Assembly (NCBI GenBank): GCA_050736715.1
Contig: JBOHWK010000111.1
Span: 1 to 59,242 of the forward strand
Direction of reading: 5' to 3'
From: Candidatus Binataceae bacterium
GTDB taxonomy: Bacteria; Desulfobacterota; Binatia; Binatales; Binataceae
DNA: 59,242 bases
Shown: positions 39,600-51,100 of the stretch, piece by piece
How the letters are laid out: every line of letters starts with the position of its first letter
Numbering within the stretch: position 1 is the stretch's first letter
Notes under the pieces: generated by a model
What the model was told of the DNA's origin: nothing
The model's database searches: none
What the model saw: the letters and a program-made list of their open reading frames with translations, nothing else
Program-made: the position numbers and the translations under genes

Positions 39600-39893
39600 C
39601 TAGTCGAATTTCCACCGAATCGGGCGGGCGTGGAGATGGCAATGATCGGGTATCTGGCGCATCGTTCCGTCGATTACGAATCGATCCGCGCCATATACCG
39701 CGCGCGCGACCATCGAGAGCGCCTCCGTCATAAAGACGCGCTCCTCCTCGGCCGGGACGGCGCGATGCTCGCCCAGCACGGCCATCGGCGTGTCGCACGA
39801 ATCGCAATCGAGGATCGCGAATTTGAACGGGTGGAAAAAGTTCGCGTACCGCCGCGTGTAGTCGCGCAGTTCGCAGAGTTCGCAGTGCGCCAT
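39600..39893 (-). CDS. Small Cys-rich protein with a HIT-like HxHxH motif
   Basis: CELC...CDSC near the N-terminus and IPDHCHLHARP near the C-terminus. No closer assignment possible. Confidence 0.45.
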   Translation of the reverse strand: MAHCELCELRDYTRRYANFFHPFKFAILDCDSCDTPMAVLGEHRAVPAEEERVFMTEALSMVARAVYGADRFVIDGTMRQIPDHCHLHARPIRWKFD

Positions 39894-39953
39894 CTATCGC
39901 TCGCAATCGGGCCGCGCGCGGGATCGCGCGACCCGGGACTTGGCGATGCGTTG

Positions 39954-40268
39954 CTAATTTGTCTTGGCTGCGGGAGCCGGCGATTTGGCCGCCGCTTTCG
40001 CTGCGACCGGCGCCTTTGCCTCGGCCGGCTTCGCTGCCGCGGCTGCCTTGGCGGCCTTCCTCGCCTTGCCGCGGCAATAGTAAACGTGCCGGGTGGATAC
40101 TTTTAGATCCTTGGCGACTTCCTTGGGTTTCTTGCCGCTGCTCAGGTCCTTCATCACGATGTCGCAATCGCCTTTCTTGTGCGCCGCAAAGGCGGGCTGC
40201 ACGTTTGCCGCGACCGCGAATGCCGCTCCGAGCAGCGCCACAGCAATCGTCATAGAGAACTTTTTCAT
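39954..40268 (-). CDS. Small exported or anchored protein with a Lys/Ala/Pro-rich tail
   Basis: Signal-like MKKFSMTIAVALLGAAFAVAANVQPAFA. HTH-like PKEVAKDLKVSTRHVYYC. Tail KARKAAKAAAAAKPAEAKAPVAAKAAAKSPAPAAK. Confidence 0.5.
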   Translation of the reverse strand: MKKFSMTIAVALLGAAFAVAANVQPAFAAHKKGDCDIVMKDLSSGKKPKEVAKDLKVSTRHVYYCRGKARKAAKAAAAAKPAEAKAPVAAKAAAKSPAPAAKTN

Positions 40269-40382
40269 CGCTTTATCCTTTCCTTCCGATAGAGGTTATG
40301 GGTTTTCGACGCCGCCGACAGTATTCCAAAAAACGGACGGCAGCAAAAGAGGGAGGCGGCGATTCGGTCCGATCGACGCCGC

Positions 40383-41195
40383 TTACCGGGCCTTGGCGGG
40401 ACCTAAACCGGGAAACGACGGTTTGCGCTTTTCGCGCAGCGCGCTCACCCCTTCGGCCACGTCGGGCGAGAAAAACCCGAGCATCTCCAGCGCCAATGAA
40501 GCGTCAAACGCGGGGCCTGCCATGCGCAGCCAATTATTGAGCGAACGTTTAGTGAACCGAATCGCCTGCTGCGGACCGCGCGCGAGTTTGCCTGCCACTT
40601 CCATCGCCTTGTCCATCAACTGCGCGGCGGGAACGCACCGGCTCACCAGCCCGATTCGCTCCGCTTCGCGCCCGTCGATGAAATCGGCGGTGAGCAGGTA
40701 ATATTTGGCCTTCGCCATCCCGCACAAAAGCGGCCAGATAATCGCCGCATGATCGCCCGCCGCGACGCCGAGGCGCAGATGGCCGTCCGTGATGCGCATC
40801 GTGTCCGCCGCGATGCTGATATCCGCGAGCAACGCGACCGCCAACCCCGCGCCGACGGCGACGCCGTTGATCGCGGAGATAATCGGCTTATCGAGGTTGA
40901 TCATGTTGTAAACGAGGTCGCCGGCTTCCTTCCATGCGCGCGCGACATTCGCCGCGCTCCCCGTCATCGCGGCGATCATGCCGAGATCGCCGCCGGCGGA
41001 AAACGCGCCCCCCGCTCCGGTGATCACCGCGACTCGCGTGTCGTCGTCATCCCCGATGTCGCGCCATACGCGGCTCAACTCGCGATGCAACCGATCGTTG
41101 GCGGCGTTTAAGACTTCGGGCCGGTTAATCGTAATGAGCAGGATGCCGTCGTCCTTCGGCTCGAACAGGAGATGATCGTATCCGCCGTATCGCAT
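40383..41195 (-). CDS. Enoyl-CoA hydratase/isomerase (crotonase) family protein
   Basis: ITGAGGAFSAGGDL oxyanion-hole motif and AINGVAVGAGLAVAL. Confidence 0.9.
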   Translation of the reverse strand: MRYGGYDHLLFEPKDDGILLITINRPEVLNAANDRLHRELSRVWRDIGDDDDTRVAVITGAGGAFSAGGDLGMIAAMTGSAANVARAWKEAGDLVYNMINLDKPIISAINGVAVGAGLAVALLADISIAADTMRITDGHLRLGVAAGDHAAIIWPLLCGMAKAKYYLLTADFIDGREAERIGLVSRCVPAAQLMDKAMEVAGKLARGPQQAIRFTKRSLNNWLRMAGPAFDASLALEMLGFFSPDVAEGVSALREKRKPSFPGLGPAKAR

Positions 41196-41209
41196 CCGAA
41201 TCGGCCCGG

Positions 41210-42124
41210 TTAACCCTGGTAAATGTTCATGATCGTTTCGAGCAGCTTGAGCGCCTCGGCCTTGGGCCGCTGGAACGAATTGCGTCCGATGATCGAGCCG
41301 AAGCCGCCGCCGGCATGGATTTCGCGCACGGTGGCGATCAACTGCTCGTCGGTCTCTTTGGCCCCGCCGGAGAAGATCACGATTCTCCGGCCGTCGAACG
41401 CCGATTGCACCACGTGGCGGACGCGCGCGGAGAGCGGTTCGAGCGGAATCTTCTGCGCCTCGTACACCTTTTTAGCTTCGGGCTGTTCGAGATATGCCGT
41501 CGGCGGCTTGACCTTGACGATATTCGCGCCGAGTTGCGCCGCGATTTGCGCGCCGTAGGCCACCACGTCGAGTGCGGTCTCTCCCTGTTTGCTAATCGAC
41601 GAGCCGCGCGGATACGACCATACGACCACCGCCAGCCCGTGCGCTTTGGCGTCCTCCGCGATCTCGCGCAGTTCCTGGTACATCGGCTTGGCCTGCGACG
41701 AGCCGGGATAGATGGTGAATCCCACCGCCGCGCATCCGAGTTGCAGCGCGTCCTTGACGCTGCCGGTCACGGACGGTGCCGGGTCTTTTTCATCGTCGAG
41801 CAGATCGTGATTGTTGAGCTTCAGAATTAGCGGGATTTCGCCCGCGTATTCCGCCGCGCCTGCCTCAATGAACCCGAGCGGCGCGGCGTAAGCGTTGCAT
41901 CCCGCGTCGATCGCAAGCTGGAAATGGTAGCGCGGATCGTAGGCGGGCGGATTCGGCGCAAAGCTCCGCGCCGGCCCGTGCTCGAAACCCTGATCGACCG
42001 GCAGGATCACGAATTTGCCGGTGCCGCCGAGCCGCCCATGATTGAGCATCCGGGCGAGGTTGCTCCGCACGCCCGCGTTTTCCGAATCGTAATAGCCCAG
42101 GATTTCCCTAACTCGCTTGGTCAT
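41210..42124 (-). CDS. Class I fructose-bisphosphate aldolase (DhnA/FbaB, DeoC/LacD-type)
   Basis: Start MTKRVREILGYY. VILPVDQGFEHGP. GANIVKVKPP (Schiff-base Lys region). IGRNSFQ. Confidence 0.8.
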   Translation of the reverse strand: MTKRVREILGYYDSENAGVRSNLARMLNHGRLGGTGKFVILPVDQGFEHGPARSFAPNPPAYDPRYHFQLAIDAGCNAYAAPLGFIEAGAAEYAGEIPLILKLNNHDLLDDEKDPAPSVTGSVKDALQLGCAAVGFTIYPGSSQAKPMYQELREIAEDAKAHGLAVVVWSYPRGSSISKQGETALDVVAYGAQIAAQLGANIVKVKPPTAYLEQPEAKKVYEAQKIPLEPLSARVRHVVQSAFDGRRIVIFSGGAKETDEQLIATVREIHAGGGFGSIIGRNSFQRPKAEALKLLETIMNIYQG

Positions 42125-42221
42125 GGAATCTCTCCAAATGCGCTGGAATTGCCGCAGGCTGACGCCTGTGCCTCTCTCATACCACAGCGCGTTCCCAAAC
42201 CCCAAGGATGGCGGCGGGCGA

Positions 42222-43142
42222 TCAGTAAAATCGGGCTTCGCCGGGGGGACGGGTCTTCCAGCGCCGGTGAATCCAGTTCCAATGGTCCGGATGCGTGCGA
42301 ATCAGGTTTTCGAGCGTGCGGGTGAAGCGTTGCGTGTTCTCGCGCACCGATTCCTCACGATTGCCGTCCTTGACGACTTCGATTAACGGCTCAATCACGA
42401 TCCGATGATGAATGGTATCGCCTTCGCGCACGAGCACGCACGGCGCCACCGGCGCCCCGGTCGCCATCGCCAGCCGCGCCATCCCGCCGCTGGTCGAGGC
42501 GGGCAGGCCGAAGAAATCGACGAACACGCCCTTGCGCACGTCGAGATCGAGCGTGATCGCCAGCATCCAGTTCTGCCTAAGCAACCGGAACATTTCGCGC
42601 CCGCTCGCCTTGCGCGGGACGATTTTATTTCCGTAGCGGATGCGCGCGCTATGCACGGCGGCATCGATGAGCGGATTGCGGAGCGGCCGGTAAACGATCG
42701 CGATGCGGTAGCCGTAGATGGAATGGGCGAGCGGCAGGAGTTCGAAGTTGCCGAAATGCGCCGTCAGCACGAGGATGCCCCGGCCGGGCGAACGGCGCTC
42801 GGCCTCCTCCCAGGCTTCCTTGCCCTGGTAGGTAACGACATTTTCGATATTAGCGCGGCTGAGTTCGTTAAAATGGGCCCACTCGGCAAGCATCCGGCCC
42901 CAATTGCGATACATCGCGCGCAGGATCGCGAGCCGTTCGGCGGCACTCTTTTCCGGGAACGCGATGGCAAGGTTTTTCAGCGCGATCGACCGGTTGGGCC
43001 GGTCCAGATTCATCGCCCAGCCGCCCAGCCGAGCACCCGCGCGCACCGCCCGCTCCAGCGGCATCGCGCGCAGCCCGGCCACGACGGCGGCGATGCCGGT
43101 GTACTCAATCCGCGATCGAAGCGGACCGATTTGCCGTGGCAT
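42222..43142 (-). CDS. Lipid A late acyltransferase family protein (LpxL/HtrB-type)
   Basis: LTAHFGNFELL (HX4E variant of the acyltransferase motif). About 300 aa. C-terminal HPDHWNWIHRRWK. Confidence 0.8.
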   Translation of the reverse strand: MPRQIGPLRSRIEYTGIAAVVAGLRAMPLERAVRAGARLGGWAMNLDRPNRSIALKNLAIAFPEKSAAERLAILRAMYRNWGRMLAEWAHFNELSRANIENVVTYQGKEAWEEAERRSPGRGILVLTAHFGNFELLPLAHSIYGYRIAIVYRPLRNPLIDAAVHSARIRYGNKIVPRKASGREMFRLLRQNWMLAITLDLDVRKGVFVDFFGLPASTSGGMARLAMATGAPVAPCVLVREGDTIHHRIVIEPLIEVVKDGNREESVRENTQRFTRTLENLIRTHPDHWNWIHRRWKTRPPGEARFY

Positions 43143-43190
43143 CGCCTGACCGCGATTGACGCGCGTGCGCCGCCGCTTGCGCCGCTGCGA

Positions 43191-45785
43191 TCATGGACCG
43201 ACGCCCGGAGTAACGGCTGAACCCTTTGCGCCCGGCGCGGCGGCTTTGGCCGGGGACGTAGCCGGCGGAGCGGGTGCGGCGCGAATCATTGAGGTCGGGC
43301 CGATCTCCTCGGTGTTGAACGGAGTCTCGCCTTGATTGCTTCCTTGGGGTGCGCCGAAGGCGGGATTGTGGGGGAACGGCACGACGGCTGGCTGGTTAAG
43401 TTCCCGCGCGGGGGAGACCGGAATTGAGAAGTTGGGTCTGTACAGGGTATGGATTTGCGAGGACGGCATGTCGTGCATCTCCTTGCGGCCGATCGAGTTG
43501 ACGAACCGCTGCCGTTCGTTGAGCGCGAGCGCCCGCAGATCGCTCTTGGTGCGGATCACGTGCGGGGTCAGGAACACGATCAGGTTGTCCTTGTTTTTGT
43601 CGGACGATTTATTGGTGAACAGGTTGCCGATCACCGGGATGTCGGAGAAGAAGGGGACGCCACTGTTGGCCAGCGTACTCTGCGAAGCGAGCAGTCCGCC
43701 GATTACGGCGGTGCGATGGTTTTGAATCAGGACCGAGGTCGAGGCGGACCGAATCGTGGTGGAGGGTCCATTAACATTGTTCGCGGTTCCGGGGATGACG
43801 TTGGAAACTTCCTCGTACACGTCCAGCCGCACATAATCGCCCTCGGAAACCTGAGGCACGATGTCGAGCGTGATGCCGACATTTTGGCGCTCGATCGAGT
43901 TGAAAATCTGACCGAAAGCCGCGGCGTTGGCGGACGAAGTGCCGACGAACGGCAGGTTTTCGCCGATCACGATCATCGCCTCTTCATTGTCGGCGGTAAG
44001 CAGGGTCGGCGCCGAGAGCACGTCGGTATGGGTATCCATCTCCATCGCGGTCATCAGCGCCATCTCGCACGGCACCGAAACCGTGGAGGCGGTAGTGGTG
44101 GATGTTGTCGTACCGGTGGCGGCCGTGGCGGCGGCCGCGATGGCGGCCGGAACGGTGCAGGAGGCGCCCGAAGCGAGTCCCAAGCCCAGGCCGCTCAAGC
44201 CCAGCGGATTACCCAAGTAGTTTTGCAAAGTGCCGAAATCGAGCTGGCCGATGCCCAGCGTATTGGCGCCAAGCTGGGAGCCGCCGTAATAGCTGATGCC
44301 CATCTGACGCTGGCGTTCGGCGGACACCTCGACGATTATCGCCTGCACAAAAACCTGCACGCGCGCAACGTCGAGATCCTCAATAATCTTCTTCATCGTC
44401 TCCCAGTCCTGCGGCAGGGCAGCGACGATCAGGGCGTTGGTCGCGGGATCGGCGGTGACGCTGACCGGATAGGAAAATATCAAGCTTTTTCCTTGGGTGC
44501 TGGCCGAGGCCGAGCCGCCGCTTGCGCCCGACGACGAAAAACCACCCCTGCCGCCCATACCGCCACCCATGCCGCCGCCCATACTGCCGCCCATACTGCC
44601 GCCCATACCGCCACCCATGCCCCCCCCCATGCCGCCGATTATGCCGCCGGCGCCCGAACTGGGAGAGCCGATTATGCCGTTGGACCCGCCGGATGAGCCG
44701 CCAAACCCTCCCCCGAAGGACGATCCGCTGTACAGCCCCAGCGAACTGCCGCGGCCCAGCGAGCCTTTGCCGGTGGAGGGCGACAGAGTCGTGGGAGCGG
44801 CGCCGCCGCCTAAGAGGCTGCTTAGCACCTGCACCATTTCCAGCGCATCCGCGTTCTTCAGCCGATAGACGTGGATGCGGGCGGTGGCGTTGGGCGGAAC
44901 CACGTCGAGCTTCTTTACGATGTCTTGAATCTGCTCCATTTGCAGCGGGCCGGCCAGCACGATCAAGGAATTCGTGCGCTCGTCGGGAATCACCTTGAAG
45001 CCGGTGGCCGCGCCCTCCGCGCTGGGCGCCACGACGCCGAATCCGGGCCGCCGCATCTGCGGCCTTCCGCCGCCGGCGGGTTGATTGCGCGCGCCCATCA
45101 ATTCTTCGATCTCCGGGGCAATTTCGTCGGCAAAGGCGAGTTTGAGCGGAATCACCTGGATGGTCTTCTGCTCGCCCTTGACATCGAGGAGGCCGACGAT
45201 CTTGAGCAGGCGGGAGACATTGAAGGCGTCGTCGGTAATGATGAGGGAGTTGTCTTCGGGAAAGCCCGCGATCAGTCCGTCATGCGAGATCAGCGGCTGG
45301 ATCACGGCGATCATCGAGTTGACATCAACATTTTTGAGCCGCACCAGACGGGTCACGAATTCCTCGCCGTTGACTGCGGCGGGGTTCTGCGCCGAGGTCA
45401 GTTCGGCGGTGGAGCGGACGTTGCGCGCGGGCACGATTTTAATGATTTTACCCGCCGGGACGGTGGTGAAGCCCTTGATTTCGAGCACCGACTGGAAGAT
45501 TTGATAGGCCTGCTCGGGCGTCACCTTTTGCGGCACCTTGAGCGTTACGTGGCCGCGCACGCTTTCGTCGATCAGGAAGTTTTTGCCGGTGACTTCGCTA
45601 ATGAACTCGGCGAGCGTGCCGATATCCACGTTGTCGTAATTCATCGAAATCAAATTCTTGGACGAATCCGGAGGAGCATCGGCGGCCGGGTCCGCGGCTC
45701 CGGCGGGATCGGCGGCGTACGACGGGAACGCCAATGTGGCCAACAACAGCATGGCGATCGCCGCCACGCCCATCCGGCAAATCAT
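43191..45785 (-). CDS. gspD: GspD-type secretin (N0-N3 domains + secretin core) with a Gly/Met-rich insert
   Basis: N0 NYDNVDIGTLAEFISEVTGKNFLID. Repeated N-domains ending ...IVKKLD / ...IIEDLD. Core VFVQAIIVEVS...VPFFSDIPVIGNLF...LIVFLTPHVI. Confidence 0.85.
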   Translation of the reverse strand: MICRMGVAAIAMLLLATLAFPSYAADPAGAADPAADAPPDSSKNLISMNYDNVDIGTLAEFISEVTGKNFLIDESVRGHVTLKVPQKVTPEQAYQIFQSVLEIKGFTTVPAGKIIKIVPARNVRSTAELTSAQNPAAVNGEEFVTRLVRLKNVDVNSMIAVIQPLISHDGLIAGFPEDNSLIITDDAFNVSRLLKIVGLLDVKGEQKTIQVIPLKLAFADEIAPEIEELMGARNQPAGGGRPQMRRPGFGVVAPSAEGAATGFKVIPDERTNSLIVLAGPLQMEQIQDIVKKLDVVPPNATARIHVYRLKNADALEMVQVLSSLLGGGAAPTTLSPSTGKGSLGRGSSLGLYSGSSFGGGFGGSSGGSNGIIGSPSSGAGGIIGGMGGGMGGGMGGSMGGSMGGGMGGGMGGRGGFSSSGASGGSASASTQGKSLIFSYPVSVTADPATNALIVAALPQDWETMKKIIEDLDVARVQVFVQAIIVEVSAERQRQMGISYYGGSQLGANTLGIGQLDFGTLQNYLGNPLGLSGLGLGLASGASCTVPAAIAAAATAATGTTTSTTTASTVSVPCEMALMTAMEMDTHTDVLSAPTLLTADNEEAMIVIGENLPFVGTSSANAAAFGQIFNSIERQNVGITLDIVPQVSEGDYVRLDVYEEVSNVIPGTANNVNGPSTTIRSASTSVLIQNHRTAVIGGLLASQSTLANSGVPFFSDIPVIGNLFTNKSSDKNKDNLIVFLTPHVIRTKSDLRALALNERQRFVNSIGRKEMHDMPSSQIHTLYRPNFSIPVSPARELNQPAVVPFPHNPAFGAPQGSNQGETPFNTEEIGPTSMIRAAPAPPATSPAKAAAPGAKGSAVTPGVGP

Positions 45786-45963
45786 GCGAACAACCTCTGC
45801 ATCGCACGCAGCTTATTGCACCGGCGCGCGGCTGCGCAACCTTCAATGTTGCAAACGGTGCGGCGCTTCGGGACTATGGACGATGCCTGCGCCCGCTTAA
45901 TTCAGATGAAGCCCGCCCAATCGAACCGAGCCGTTTTGGCCGCGCCCTTCCCGCGGTGAACCC

Positions 45964-47236
45964 GTGCGCTACGAACTGCTGATCGGAATGCGCTACCTGC
46001 GCGCCCGCCGGCGCGAGCGCTTTGTCTCGCTGATCGCACTGATCTCGCTGGCGGGAGTGATGCTGGGGACCTTTGCGCTTACCGTCGCATTATCCGTGAT
46101 GAGCGGCTTTCAGGAGGACCTGCGCAACCGGCTGCTCGCCTTCACGCCGCAAATCACCGTCGAACGATTGGGCGCGCGGCCGGCGGATTTCGCCGCGCTC
46201 GAGACGAAAGCCGCGGCGCTTCCGGAGGTCGTGGCTGCGGCGCCGTTTGTCAGTTCGGACGCGATCGCCGTGTCGGACAACAGCGGCGGCGCTCCTGCCT
46301 ACGTCTCGGGGGGGATCGTGCGCGCGGTCCAGCCGCGAAACAACCCCGTGCTCAAGGAATTGAAGGACACCCTGGAATGGGGCAGCTTAGGCGCGCTCGA
46401 AACCACCCATCGGGTGACGATTTCCGAGGCGGGCAAGCGGCGGCAGGTCGATTTGCCCGGCGCAATCGTCGGCCGCGCGCTCGCCCTGGAACTGGGCGTG
46501 AAGCCCGGAGGCACCATCACCTTGATTTCTCCCGCCGGCGCCGGCGCGCTGCCCGGCGTCCCGCGGCTCAAGCGCTTCGTGGTCGTGGGCTACTTCCATT
46601 CCGGGATGTTCGACTTCGACTCCTCGCTGATCTTTATTCCACTTAACGCGGGGCGCGCGCTATTCGCCGACGATCCGCAGGCGGAAGCGGGGCTGGAACT
46701 GCGGCTTGCTAACCTGTTCGACGCGCCGGCGCTGCGGGCGAAGATTGCCGCGCTCGCCGGTCCCGGCTTCGAGGTGACCGACTGGACACAGGCCAACGCG
46801 CCGCTCTTTTCGGCGCTTAAGCTGGAGAAATTCACCTACTTCATGGTGCTGCTGCTGATCGTGCTGGTGGCGGCATTCAACATAATCGCAACGCTGGTGA
46901 TGGTGGTGATGGAGCGGCGCAAGGAGATCGCGATCCTGCGCGCGATGGGGGCGCGGGCCGGCTCGGTCGCCTCGATCTTCCTGTGCGAGGGTGCCGCGCT
47001 CGGCGTGGCGGGCACCGCGTTGGGAGTGGGCGCGGGGTTCGCCGCCTCCTTCCTGATCGGCAAATACCACCTGATCCATCTGCCCGCCGATATGTTCATG
47101 GTGAGCGCGGTGCCGGTGCGGCTCTATCCGCTCAATTTCATCGCGGTCGCCGCCGCCTCGATCCTGCTGTGCGTCGGCGCCGCGCTCTATCCGGCATTGC
47201 GAGCGCGCACGCTCTCGCCGGTTGAGGTAATCCGCT

Positions 47237-47244
<8 letters not shown>
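45964..47244 (+). CDS. lolC: Lipoprotein-releasing ABC transporter permease (LolC/LolE family)
   Basis: MRYELLIGMRYLRARRRERFVS start, MacB-like periplasmic domain, FtsX C-terminal TM bundle. Confidence 0.9.
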
Positions 47245-47968
<724 letters not shown>

Positions 47969-48151
47969 CGAGTCGCGTGACATCGCGAGCGGCGTCTGCC
48001 ATTTGTGGATGTGCGAGCCAGTGGCATAAATCCGCATTGGCGATTGCAGATGTTTGCCGTTGGAATCGCTTGCGCGGTCATCCGGCGCATTGCATAATTT
48101 GCACGGCCATATGCGGACTTATCCGTTAGTTGCCGTTCAGGAGGGAGTGCG

Positions 48152-51100
48152 ATGCGGAAGATAGCGATTGCGGCGGCGACCGCATCGATACTTGGGCTGG
48201 TTGGATTTGTGGCGACGGCATTCGCCGCAGTGAGCCTCAGCGTTTCTCCTAACAGTCTCACATTCGCCGGCGTCGCGCTCGGGACGACTTCCGCGCCGAA
48301 GATCGTGACAATTACAAACAAGAGCGGCCGAGCGATTTATATCGGCGGGTTCGACTTATCCAGCGGCTTCCACGCAATCGACGATAAATGCAGCGGCGCA
48401 AATCTCACGGCAGGCGCGAAATGTACGGTGGGCGTGACGTTCACCGCGTCGCAGGCGGGGACGATTAGCGGGGAGTTGACAATTTCGACCGGCAGCGGCG
48501 CTGAAATCGCGGCCGTTTCCAAGCCCCGCGCCGAGAATCGCCGCACCCGCCACCGCCACAATCGGGCCGCCGTGCAACTGACCGGCAGCCCAGGCCCGGC
48601 GGCGAGCGGCATCTTCGTGGCCAATCCTTACGCGGACAGCGTGACGGTTTATCCAATTGACGCGGCGGGCGATGCGCTCCCATCCGCGACAATTTTCGGC
48701 GGTGCGACGCTCCTCGATTATCCGTTCGGGATCGCGGCCGGCCCCGGCGGCGAGATTTACGTCGCCAATTACGGCGCCAACGGCTTGACCATCTATGCGG
48801 CCAACAGCAGCGGCAATGTCAGCCCCACGACCGAGATCGGCGGCGCGCTCACGGGAATCGCCAATCCCGACGGAATCGCGGTCGATTCGAGCGGGAATAT
48901 TTATGTGGCGAACGATGCGCCCGGTTTTGGCAGCATAACAGTTTTTGGCGCGAGCCAATCCGGCGACGTGGCGCCGAATCAGACGATTGCGGGCGCATCC
49001 ACAGGACTTGCGTATCTCTCCGGCGTGGCGCTCGATTCCAGCGGGAACATCTACGCGGCGAATCTTGAGGGCGGCGTCCAAGGGATGGGCAGCCTCACGA
49101 TCTACTCAAACAGTGCGAATGGAGATGCCGCCCCGATTGCGACGATTACCGGCCCGGCAACGCAATTGGGGCAGCCTTCCGGAATCGCGGTCGATTCGCT
49201 CGGCCAGATTTACGTCGCGAACAATAGCTGTGGGCCGTCGGCCAGCGGATGTATCGCGATCTATGCGCCGATTGGCAGCCAGACGGGGAAACTCGATCCC
49301 GCACCGATCAAGACGATCGGGGGGCCAGATGCGAAGCTAAATGATCTCGCGGGGATCGCGGTCGATGGGGCCGGGACGATGTATGTGACGAGCTTCGCCG
49401 ATCCCGGCGAAGTCGCGATTTACTATGCGACCCAGAACGGGAACGTAGTGCCAGCGGCGACGATCGCGGGCGGCGACACGGGACTGCTCGCGCCGCGCGG
49501 AATCGCCGAACTCGGCATCCGCCCGACTCCGACCGCAACCGCGACCGCGACTGCGACCGCGACTGCCACCGCGACTGCCACGGCAACCGCAACCGCAACC
49601 GCAACGGCAACCGCCACTGCTACTGCCACGGCGACCGTGACTGCAACGCCAACTGCAACCGCGACTGCGACGCCGACGACGACTGTCACCGCAACGCCGA
49701 CCGCGACCGAAACCGCGACCATATCGCCGACGGCGACGCTCACCGCCACGCCGACCGTGACGCCAACGGTGTCGTGTTCGATTATCGTGCAAAACACGGG
49801 CGGCGGTAACTACGGGCCCGCATTTTTCGGCCAAGGATTTACGACGCCGATCACCGGTGGGCCGTGGAGCAACATCGCGTTCACTTTTTTGCCCCACTCA
49901 AGTTTCCCGTCTGCCGCCGGTACCGCGTACATTCTCAGCTCGGCGTACACTGGAACCCCTGCGAACCTGAGCACGTCGAGTTATCTTGCCGCGTCAATAG
50001 GGATAAGCGGCAATACCTATGTGTTCAGCCCCACGTTCACCCTTTCGGTCAACACGACGTATTATCTTTTTGAAGATTCGAATATTGAGGGCACTTTTTC
50101 GGCCAGCGGCACGTCTTATTTCACCAGCAGCTCGACATTCCCGTTCGCTTCCACCGTGGGAGCAATGAACTACCAGGTGGAGAGTTGCACCGGATCGCTC
50201 ATTCCCGCGACGCCCACCGCGACCGTAACGCCGACCGCGACCGTAACGCCGACCGCGACCGTATCGCCCACCGCGACCGAGTCGCCGACTCCGACTGCAA
50301 CGGCGATTTCGCCGACCATCTTTGTTGCGAATGCCGGCACAAAAACAATTTCTTCTTCGGTCGCTTCGTTCCCCCTTTCCGCCTCCGGCAACGCGACGCC
50401 GTCAACTGACCTTACCGGCACGGGCACCGGCTTGAGCGGCGCTTTTGGCGTCGCCGTGGATACCACCGGGAATCTTTACGTTACGAACAATGGGAACGGC
50501 AGCGTGACGGTCTATCCGGCGATCGCCAGCGGCGACCTCGGACCCAGCACAACCATCAGCGGCGCGAACACCGGCTTAAACCAACCTACCGGAATTGCGG
50601 TGGATTCGAGCGGGCAGATTTATGTCGCGGACTTCGGCCCCGTTGGCGGTATGCCCGGCGTGATGGTCTATGCGGCGGGCAGCACCGGAAACCAAGCGCC
50701 GCTCCTCACCATCACCGGCACCAATACCGGCTTGAACCTCCCTCAAGGCATCTTGGTGGATTCCGGTGGGAAAATCTGGGTCGCGAACTACGGTACCAAC
50801 AGCATATTCGTCTATCAGTCGCTAAGCTTCCTTTGCCCTAGTCCTCCTTGCACTCTTAACCAAGGGACATTCTCGACGATCAGCGGCGGCAACACCGCAT
50901 TGACCGACCCGACCGGCATCGCGCTGGATTCCAGCGGGATCATTTATGTCGCGAGCGAGTACGGCGGTGGCGGTGGCATCGGCAGCATTAATATCTATTC
51001 GTCAGGCACCTCCGGAAACTTCGCGCCGAACGTGATCGTCACCGGCACGAGCACCGGCTTAAACGACCCGATCGGCATCGCGGTCGATTCCAGCGGTAAC

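Noticed and set aside
48020-48045. Sigma54-like TGGCAT-N-CGCA element upstream of the NHL protein gene.
   Set aside because: The GG-to-GC spacing is one nucleotide short of the -24/-12 consensus and the -12 element is not TTGC.
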